Shown here: positions 32,863-39,090 of the stretch, one piece after another
Position numbering within the stretch: the first letter of the stretch is position 1
Layout: each line of letters opens with the position of its first letter
From: Actinomycetota bacterium
GTDB taxonomy: Bacteria; Actinomycetota; Acidimicrobiia; Acidimicrobiales; JACDEA01
NCBI GenBank assembly: GCA_013816725.1
Contig: JACDEA010000002.1
Span: 6,486-45,575, forward strand
DNA: 39,090 nt
Reading direction: 5' to 3'
Program-made: the position numbers and the translations under genes
The notes under the pieces: model-generated
What the model was told of the DNA's origin: nothing
The model's database searches: none
What the model saw: only the letters and a program-made list of their open reading frames with translations

Positions 32863-34596
32863 TCAGCCGCAACTCGTTTGCTCCAGCAGAGCCACCTTGC
32901 CGTCCGTGAAGAATGGGTCTCCGGCGGCGTTGTTGCCGAGTGTCGGTCCGACGAAATCGAATCGGCCTGTGTCGCGAAGTTGTCGGGTCTCGGTGAGCGC
33001 GGCCGCAAGGTAGTCGCGTTCGCCGTCAATGGCCGGGTCGATGTGATGGTTGGGAAACAGGGTGCGCACGGTCCATTCGACGCGATCGTCGAGTGACGCG
33101 GTCACTCCCCACACCGGGCAACCGCCGGGGCTGAGCAGTGGGAGCCGCCAGAGCCGAGCGTGGTGGCGGGCCTTCACACCACGACCGAGCGATTGTTTTT
33201 GGATGGCGAGATCCTCGAGCCGGGTGTCGAGGAATGTGGGTGTGACCGGCGCGGTGGCATCGGATCGGTTGGTGAGGCCAGCCCAGTAGGTATGGAGCAG
33301 CCGACCGGGGGTGAGCGTGTCGGCGACGGTCCAGCCCGCTTGGTCGACCGCGGCGCGCAGTTCGTCCTCGCTGGCGACGACGACGAGACCGAGGGGCTCC
33401 ATGCGTCGCCCCAGGAGAGTCTCGCTGAATCGGGGGATTGTTCCGAGCACCGTCATGGGTTCGGTCGAGGCCAACCGGAAAGGCGCGGGCGGCGGCGAGC
33501 TGGTGGGGAAGTGGTGGTTGCCGGTGGCGGCGACGACCGCGACGACGAGCACCGCGGCCACGGCGGCGATGGGCATGGCCGGGGAATGAGGTCGGACACG
33601 GACTGCCCGTCGGTGGGCGAGAAGCTGGTCGACGTCGAAGCTCACCGCGGCGGCAACCGACGCACACAGCCAGCCGGCGAGCACGTCGGAGAGCCAATGG
33701 ATGCTGAGGTAGGCGCGGCTGAACCCGATGAGCAATGCCAGTGGCACCACGACGGCTGCGACCAGCGACGGTCGGCGTCGGCCGGCCGACCACCACCACA
33801 GGACGACCCCGAACGCGAGCGATAGCGACGCGGCCGCGTGGCCACTGGGAAAGCTGGTGGAGTGCTCGACGAGCCGGCCGAGCGCGGGGCGAGGGCGAGC
33901 GTGGCTGGCTTTGAGGATGGTGACGAGACCGCTGCTGAAGGCCAGGGTGGCGACGAGCAAAACCGCGCTGCGGGCCCGGCGCGCCGCGAGCGCACCAACA
34001 ATGAGGAGCAAGGCGAGGAGAAGCACGGATCGGGTCGCGCCGACGTGGGTGAGCGCCTCCATGGTTCGGCGTTCGCCGCTCACTTGGAGCCGGGAGGCGA
34101 CCTCGGCAACCCGAAGGTCGAAGCGCGACAGCGGTGAACGAGACCGGTCGACTCGGCCGCCGAGCCACTGCAGGCCGCCCAGACCGGCGACGGTGACGAC
34201 GGTCGCGAGCGTGAGGGGCAGGCCGGTCGGCTCGAGACTGACGCGGCGACGCGTCCATCGGGCTGGGGCTCGCAATGGTCTGGTGATCCGTCTTACACGA
34301 GCGGCGCCATGGTGGAGGCGTTGGCCGATCGGATCCTCGGCCACCGCCGACCAAGCCGCGCTGGCAGCTGTCCTCGCGGTGGCGATCAGCGGCGGCGCGC
34401 CGATCGTGAACACCCAGTGGGCGAGAGCAACGAGCGCGATCACGAGCCAGGCCAGCAGGATCAACGACATCGCAGGCAGCACGAGAAGATCGCCGTCGAC
34501 GACGACCGCGGGCACGACGACCACAACGACCAGGAGCACGGCGACGACGCGGATAGCGGAGCCGACAAGATGGGGATGATGCCGGTGCCGCGTCAC
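32863..34596 (-). CDS. Membrane PAP2 (type 2 phosphatidic-acid-phosphatase) protein fused to an LssY_C-like C-terminal domain
   Basis: PAP2 motifs KASHARPRP, SFPSGHAA and SRAYLSIHWLSDV within a multi-TM N-terminal half. The C-terminal ~200 aa (LGLVVVASEDELRAAVDQAGW...HHARLWR...DPAIDGERDYL) resembles LssY C-terminal domains. GTG start. Confidence 0.7.
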   Translation of the reverse strand: MTRHRHHPHLVGSAIRVVAVLLVVVVVVPAVVVDGDLLVLPAMSLILLAWLVIALVALAHWVFTIGAPPLIATARTAASAAWSAVAEDPIGQRLHHGAARVRRITRPLRAPARWTRRRVSLEPTGLPLTLATVVTVAGLGGLQWLGGRVDRSRSPLSRFDLRVAEVASRLQVSGERRTMEALTHVGATRSVLLLALLLIVGALAARRARSAVLLVATLAFSSGLVTILKASHARPRPALGRLVEHSTSFPSGHAAASLSLAFGVVLWWWSAGRRRPSLVAAVVVPLALLIGFSRAYLSIHWLSDVLAGWLCASVAAAVSFDVDQLLAHRRAVRVRPHSPAMPIAAVAAVLVVAVVAATGNHHFPTSSPPPAPFRLASTEPMTVLGTIPRFSETLLGRRMEPLGLVVVASEDELRAAVDQAGWTVADTLTPGRLLHTYWAGLTNRSDATAPVTPTFLDTRLEDLAIQKQSLGRGVKARHHARLWRLPLLSPGGCPVWGVTASLDDRVEWTVRTLFPNHHIDPAIDGERDYLAAALTETRQLRDTGRFDFVGPTLGNNAAGDPFFTDGKVALLEQTSCG

Positions 34597-34600
34597 TGGA

Positions 34601-34758
34601 TCACCGACGATCCCGAGGACTGCTCATCGGGAGTGCGGGCCGCCTGACGGTGACGATCACGACGGTGAGCCACAAGGCGCCGAGCATCCAGCCGGCGGCG
34701 ACGTCGGTCGGCCAGTGGCTCCCCGGTAGACGCGGCTGAAGCCCACGATCAGGGTGAC
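34601..34758 (-). pseudogene. Frameshifted 3' remnant of a second PAP2 gene
   Basis: One frame reads VTLIVGFSRVY. After a 1-nt shift it reads SHWPTDVAAGWMLGALWLTVVIVTV...TGA(34601). Together these rebuild the PAP2 C3 motif SRVY-x-G-x-HWPTDV. No N-terminal part is present. Confidence 0.55.
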
Positions 34759-34799
34759 CGAACAGACGCCTTCGCGGCGATCCCCCCGGACTCGGTCAC
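34749..34799 (-). pseudogene. 5' ghost (16 codons) of a second cyclase-STAND gene, start overlapping the stop of the intact gene (GTGA)
   Basis: GTG ACC GAG TCC GGG GGG ATC GCC... reads VTESGGIAAKASVRSP-stop. Its first 22 nt repeat 38050-38029 of the intact gene (VTESGGIVTILFTD) with one mismatch. Confidence 0.5.
34778..34799. repeat. 22-bp direct repeat, copy 1 (cgatccccccggactcGgtcac)
   Basis: 21/22 identical to 38029-38050. The two copies bracket the whole cyclase-STAND gene (3251-bp spacing). Confidence 0.8.
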
Positions 34800-37700
34800 A
34801 CGCGAAGCGCGCGCATCCGGTCGGCGAGCACGATGAGGCCAAGGGCGTCGGCTCTTGGCAGCGCGTCGGCGACGATTTGGGCGGCCCGATGGGTGTCGCC
34901 ATCGCCGTCTCGGCGGAGGAGCGTGTGGGCCAGTGCCCACTGACCCCGGATGGCCATGCGAACCGCACCTCGCAAACCATCGGCATCGATCCCGCGCTCG
35001 AAGTACGCGATAGCCCGTTCGTACTCACCCATCACCGAGCTGAGGTTGCCGAGGAGGCGGGAGATGGAGCCGTACCACTCGGCGCACTGGCCTACAGCCA
35101 CAAAGCGGTCTTCGAATGGTCGCAGCAGCTCGAAGGCGGCGTCGGCGTGTTGGCGTGCGTCGGTCAAGAAGACGGCGTCGGCGATGAGTCCCATCGCCGT
35201 CGGCCAGTTGGCGTCGTAGGCGTAGTCACGGAACCCATGCGCCCCCACTTCATCGAGCTCGACGCGCGCTTCCTCCGCGCGCCCATCCTCGGCCAGGACC
35301 ACGATCAGGCACAGCCGCCACGCCGGTAACAGGGGATACTTCTCGGCCATCTCCCGCACAGCCCCCTCTACCTCGCCGAGGCTGCCCTGCTCGCGGCGGA
35401 GAACGAACTGTTGGATCCCGAAGGTTTGGAGGGCCGCCGGTGCGTGGGCTCGCTGCCCGAGTTCCAACGCCTGGAACGACCAGCGTTCGAGACCCGCGAG
35501 ATCGCCGCGCGCCGCGGCGAGCGTCGCCCGCCAAAGGGGCGCGTGCCACGCCAGCGCGGGAAGCCGGACCTTGGCGGCCAACGCCTCCGCGTTGGCCACC
35601 TCGGCCTCGAACTCGTCAATGTCGCCGCGCTCGAGCAGGGCGAAGCACCGCAGCGTCCGGGCGAAGTGCTCGACGCCTGCGTGGTTTATCTCGCGTCCGA
35701 TGCGGAGCGACTCCGAACTCAGCTCGATCCGACGCTCGACGTTCTCGAGGCCGTCGGACAAGGCGAAGACGGCGTTGAGGGCGAAGCCGATCGCGGTCCT
35801 GTCGCCGACCCGGCGCGCCATTTCCAGCGACTTGTCGGCGGCGTCGGACATCTTGTCGCGGTCATAGAAGTAGTAGGCGGTCGACAGGCGTGAGAGCACG
35901 AGCGCGTGCTCGGCGCCGTCTGTGTCACCGAACCGTCGCGACGCCTCTTCGAGCAGCCGGATCACCTCGAGATCGCGCGTGCCGATCTCGCCGTCGTGCG
36001 CGTAACCGAGCACCGCTTGCGCAAACCGCTCCGCGTCGAGCGGACGCGCCGCTTCGATGGCGGCTGCGTAGGTCGAGCGGCCAGTGACGATGTTGCCGGC
36101 GCGGCGCTGGGCGTCGGCCAGCGCCAGCAGGAGATCGCATCGCAACGTCGGATTCTTGGCAGGCGACTGCTCCAACGCCTCGAGCGCCCGCTCGCAGTGG
36201 CCGACGGTCTCCTCGTATGCCAGCTGGCTCATCGCGGCGTCGGCGGCGCGCCGGCTGTAGTCGACGGCGCGGTCGATATCGCCTGCCGTCCGGCTGCACA
36301 GCCAGTGGTGCGCCAGCTGCGACAGCACGGAGTCGAGGTGGCCGGCGTGCAGTTCCTCGAGCGCCTCGGCCACCCGCCGATGCATGCGGACCTGCCGCGC
36401 CGTGGACATGGCGCCGTAGAGCGTCTCGCGCACCAGCGCATGGGAGAAGCGGTAGCTCGTCAGGCTGCCGGGTACCTCGACGACGAGCCGGGAGGCGAGG
36501 CCTTCGTCGATCGCTTCAAGTACGCGGTCCTCCCCAAGCTCCGTCACCCGCTCGATGACGTCGAGGTCGAACTCGCGGCCAACCACCGCGCCAGCTATCA
36601 GGACAGCGTTCGTGTCCGGCGACAGTCGACCCAGCCGGCGACCGATGACCTCGCTCACGCTCTCGGGAATGCCGAGCCCGTCGACGATCGCGGTTGAGTC
36701 GTGGTCAACGTCGAGCGGTCCCGCCGACTCCACCAGGTGTCGCAGGACTTCGCCGATATAGAACGGGTTGCCCTCGGTCTGGTCGCGGAGCGCTCGGGTG
36801 AACGCCGGCGCCGGTTCGTGCCCGGTCACCTGGTCGATGAACTCTTCGAGGTCGTGCTCGCCGAGACCGCCGACGCTGAGTCGCTCGAATCGCACGACGC
36901 GGCGCAGGTCGGCAAAGGTCTCGGTCAGCGGATGACGCGGGGTCAGATCCGTGTCCCGGTACGTGCAGATGACGAGTACGCCGGCGTCGGTCGGCGACCG
37001 AAACAGGTGTTGGAGCAACAGGAGCGTCGGCCGATCCGCCCACTGGAGGTCGTCGAGGATCAGGACGACGGGCACCTGCGCCGCGAGTGAGGTGATGAGA
37101 TGCACGGCAGCGTCGAATAGTCGGAACCGTTCGCTCTCGGCGTCGGACCTCATCGGCGGTGCGAGGTCGGCTACGCGATCGCGCAGCGTCGGGAGCAGGC
37201 GGCCGAGCTCGGAGCCGTTGGCCGCGACAAGCGCCATGAGCAGGTCGGCGGGTGCCGAGGCCACGACGTGCTGCAGTGCCTCGACGAACGGCTGGTACGG
37301 CAACAGGGCCTCCTCGTCGGCGTGGCCGAAGAGGACGATGGCGCCGTCCGCATAGCACCGGCCGGCGAACTCGACCGCGAGCCGGGTCTTGCCGATGCCG
37401 GGCTCGCCGCCCAGCGCGGCAAGAGCCCGGTGACCGTCGCGTGCCTCTTTCCATTGGAGCCGCAATTCCTCGAGAAGATCCTGCCGGCCGACGAAGGGGG
37501 TGCGCTCGCCACCGGCGAGCTGCGCCGGCAGCGGGAAGACCTGCGACACGGGCGGCTCCCAGAGGACCTCGCAGGCGGCGACTTCGGATTCGATGCCTTT
37601 CAATGCAAGGGGGCCGACGTCCTTGAACGCGAACTCGCTCCGGCTGCCGACGAGCGCACGGATGAGGTCCGAGGTGAGGATCTGGCCGGGATCGGCCCGG

Positions 37701-38131
37701 TCGCACAGCCGGCTGGCCACCACGACGGGGGTGCCGAAGTAGTCGTCGCCCTCCTGGATCGGCTCGCCGACGTGCACGCCGATGCGGAGGTCGATCTTGT
37801 GACCAGTGGTGGCGTGCTGCATCCCGACGGCGCAGTGCATGGCGTCGACAGCGCTGTTGAACACGACCATGAAGCCGTCGCCCAGGGTCTTGACCTCGCG
37901 GCCGCCGCAGCCGGCGATCACCTCACGCAGGTCGTTGAAATGGAGCCGCCTGAGCTCTTCGGCCCGCACGTCGCCGAGTCGGGTCAACGCCTCGGTGCTG
38001 TTGACGACGTCGGTAAAGAGGATCGTGACGATCCCCCCGGACTCTGTCACGGCCGCGAGGCTACTCCTGCGTCTTCTTTCACCAGCGCTTCCCGCGCTGC
38101 TGCCCACCAGCTGGCCCCACAAAGCACACAT
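34796..38131 (-). CDS. Class III adenylate/guanylate cyclase domain + STAND P-loop NTPase + TPR-like repeats (Rv0386-like architecture without the LuxR HTH)
   Basis: Cyclase: IVTILFTDVVNSTE, VKTLGDGFMVVF, LRIGVHVGEP and DDYFGTPVVVASRL. P-loop: GGEPGIGKTRLAVEF. Walker B: VVLILDDLQWAD. About 600 aa of helical repeats follow. There is no C-terminal HTH. The true start may be GTG 38050 (MTESGGIVTILF) rather than ATG 38131. Confidence 0.8.
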   Translation of the reverse strand: MCALWGQLVGSSAGSAGERRRRSSLAAVTESGGIVTILFTDVVNSTEALTRLGDVRAEELRRLHFNDLREVIAGCGGREVKTLGDGFMVVFNSAVDAMHCAVGMQHATTGHKIDLRIGVHVGEPIQEGDDYFGTPVVVASRLCDRADPGQILTSDLIRALVGSRSEFAFKDVGPLALKGIESEVAACEVLWEPPVSQVFPLPAQLAGGERTPFVGRQDLLEELRLQWKEARDGHRALAALGGEPGIGKTRLAVEFAGRCYADGAIVLFGHADEEALLPYQPFVEALQHVVASAPADLLMALVAANGSELGRLLPTLRDRVADLAPPMRSDAESERFRLFDAAVHLITSLAAQVPVVLILDDLQWADRPTLLLLQHLFRSPTDAGVLVICTYRDTDLTPRHPLTETFADLRRVVRFERLSVGGLGEHDLEEFIDQVTGHEPAPAFTRALRDQTEGNPFYIGEVLRHLVESAGPLDVDHDSTAIVDGLGIPESVSEVIGRRLGRLSPDTNAVLIAGAVVGREFDLDVIERVTELGEDRVLEAIDEGLASRLVVEVPGSLTSYRFSHALVRETLYGAMSTARQVRMHRRVAEALEELHAGHLDSVLSQLAHHWLCSRTAGDIDRAVDYSRRAADAAMSQLAYEETVGHCERALEALEQSPAKNPTLRCDLLLALADAQRRAGNIVTGRSTYAAAIEAARPLDAERFAQAVLGYAHDGEIGTRDLEVIRLLEEASRRFGDTDGAEHALVLSRLSTAYYFYDRDKMSDAADKSLEMARRVGDRTAIGFALNAVFALSDGLENVERRIELSSESLRIGREINHAGVEHFARTLRCFALLERGDIDEFEAEVANAEALAAKVRLPALAWHAPLWRATLAAARGDLAGLERWSFQALELGQRAHAPAALQTFGIQQFVLRREQGSLGEVEGAVREMAEKYPLLPAWRLCLIVVLAEDGRAEEARVELDEVGAHGFRDYAYDANWPTAMGLIADAVFLTDARQHADAAFELLRPFEDRFVAVGQCAEWYGSISRLLGNLSSVMGEYERAIAYFERGIDADGLRGAVRMAIRGQWALAHTLLRRDGDGDTHRAAQIVADALPRADALGLIVLADRMRALRV
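38029..38050. repeat. 22-bp direct repeat, copy 2 (cgatccccccggactcTgtcac)
   Basis: See copy 1 at 34778-34799. It covers the probable GTG start and the first 7 codons of the cyclase gene. Confidence 0.8.
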
Positions 38132-38189
38132 GGCTTTCAGCAGGCGATACGTCGGACGAATGGCCGCGTCGCACCGTCACGGTTAGAAC

Positions 38190-39020
38190 GTGGCCCCAGT
38201 GACCGACGCCGCCGACCGGCTCCAACGCCTCCTCACCCTCGAACCCGCCGGGCGTGACCGCTTCGAGGCAGTAACGCCGAGCGACGGCCCCGGCCGGCTC
38301 TTCGGCGGCCAGGTCGCGGCGCAGAGCCTGCGGGCCGCGACGCTCACCGTCGACGGCGCCCGCCCGCCGCACTCCTTCCACGCCTACTTTGTGCGCCCGG
38401 GCCGGCCGGGAACGCCCCTCGTGCTCGACGTCATTCGCATCCGCGACGGGCGTTCGTTCACCACCCGCGCCGTCACCGCGACGCAGGGAGGCGAGGCCAT
38501 CTTCTTCCTGGCCGCGTCGTTCCACGCGGCCGAGCCCGGCGACGACTGGCAGCTGCCCGCCCGCGACGACGTGGACGGCCCGGGCGACGCGGAGGTCACG
38601 CCGTCGCCCCTCGCCCGCTTCGAGTCGATGATGCCGTTCGAGATCCGGCCCGCCGCCGGCCGCTCGGCCATGGGCTTCGCGCTCCACCCGTTCTGGGTGC
38701 GCGTCGGCGGCACCCTTCCCGACGACGCCGCCCTCCACGCGTGCTGCCTGGCCTTCATGTCGGACATGGGCGTCGTCGGCAGCGCGCTGGCGCCCAACGC
38801 CACCGTGCAGCCGTTCATGGGCGCCAGCCTCGACCACGCCGTCTGGTTCCACCGCCCGGCCCGGGCCGACGAGTGGCTGCTCTTCGACGTCGCTCCCGTG
38901 TCGAACTTCGGCGCCCGCGGCCTGGCCCGCGGCTCGATGCACACCGAGGACGGCGCGCTCGTCGCGTCCATCGCCCAGGAGGCGCTCCTGCGCCCCGCCG
39001 GGCCTACGCCCCTGCCGTAG
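38190..39020 (+). CDS. tesB: Acyl-CoA thioesterase II
   Basis: LLTLEPAGRDRFEAVTPSDGPGRLFGGQVAAQSL, HSFHAYFVRPG, IRDGRSFTTR and DHAVWFHRP (double hot-dog TesB pattern). GTG start. Confidence 0.85.
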   Translation: MAPVTDAADRLQRLLTLEPAGRDRFEAVTPSDGPGRLFGGQVAAQSLRAATLTVDGARPPHSFHAYFVRPGRPGTPLVLDVIRIRDGRSFTTRAVTATQGGEAIFFLAASFHAAEPGDDWQLPARDDVDGPGDAEVTPSPLARFESMMPFEIRPAAGRSAMGFALHPFWVRVGGTLPDDAALHACCLAFMSDMGVVGSALAPNATVQPFMGASLDHAVWFHRPARADEWLLFDVAPVSNFGARGLARGSMHTEDGALVASIAQEALLRPAGPTPLP

Positions 39021-39090
39021 ATGCTGCCGTTGCAGACCGCGAGGTAGACGGCACGTCGAGCAACAGCACGGCGACCGTGTCGCCGGCGGC

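Noticed and set aside
38079-38942. 287-aa and 195-aa minus-strand ORFs antisense to tesB; similar antisense ORFs opposite the integrase (14993..16054), the cyclase gene (35906..36697, 37268..38257) and the PAP2 gene (33026..34354)
   Set aside because: These have antisense, shadow-ORF composition (Arg/Gly/His-rich). The opposite strand carries motif-supported genes.
39003-39090. Possible 3' end of a minus-strand gene entering from the right edge (…AAGDTVAVLLLDVPSTSRSATAASTAGA-stop), overlapping the tesB stop
   Set aside because: The stretch is too short and lacks motifs, so the frame cannot be distinguished from chance.
1-39090. CRISPR arrays, rRNA genes, IS elements/transposases, restriction-modification or other recognisable defence operons
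   Set aside because: No regularly spaced repeats, transposase-like ORFs or terminal inverted repeats were seen on either strand during the read-through.

Overview
High-GC, actinobacterial-type chromosomal segment, mostly densely coding. All calls come from reading the supplied translations and translating selected stretches by hand. No database search was run, so family names rest on recognised motifs.

Layout:
- (1) 1-12975: an ABC importer (fused LivH/LivM/LivG-type permease-ATPase plus a lipoprotein binding protein), divergent from a seven-gene plus-strand operon. The operon encodes an MlrC/M81 metallopeptidase, two tandem beta-lactamase-fold serine hydrolases, an embedded PucR regulator, and a GNAT / N-succinylamino-acid racemase (OSBS family) / M20 hydrolase triad.
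- (2) 13132-14880: a DUF192 protein, an SDR and tRNA-Glu(CUC).
- (3) 14840-~18030: a small putative integrated element. Its large serine recombinase ORF runs antisense into the tRNA and stops in the anticodon loop. The element also carries an HTH gene and a putative tandem ribbon-helix-helix (RHH) gene.
- (4) 18053-20780: a universal stress protein (USP) gene and then a gene graveyard. A truncated enolase is joined in frame, across a single TGA, to the C-terminal fragment of an amylo-1,6-glucosidase. Collapsed pyruvate kinase remnants follow.
- (5) 20781-25095: Fe/Mn SOD, a GH15 glycosidase, an MDR glucose dehydrogenase and polyphosphate glucokinase.
- (6) 25272-31758: an ion/stress neighbourhood with a USP, a CPA-type cation:proton antiporter, a divergent DAC (diadenylate cyclase, DisA_N)-fold protein with altered catalytic motifs and a zinc ribbon, two divergent paralogous MarR genes (one truncated), and a ClC channel with CBS and RCK_C domains.
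- (7) 31919-32592: a hicAB module whose toxin gene is dead, plus a CTAG-rich operator region.
- (8) 32863-39020: a PAP2-LssY_C membrane protein, a PAP2 remnant, the 5' ghost of a lost tandem cyclase paralogue, an 1111-aa class III cyclase-STAND(P-loop)-TPR protein, and TesB.

No CRISPR array, rRNA or transposase was seen.

Most interesting candidates: the DAC-like gene with its ion-transport context, the peptide-import / D-to-L amino-acid salvage super-operon, the recombinase/tRNA overlap, and the cyclase-STAND gene with its ghost duplicate.
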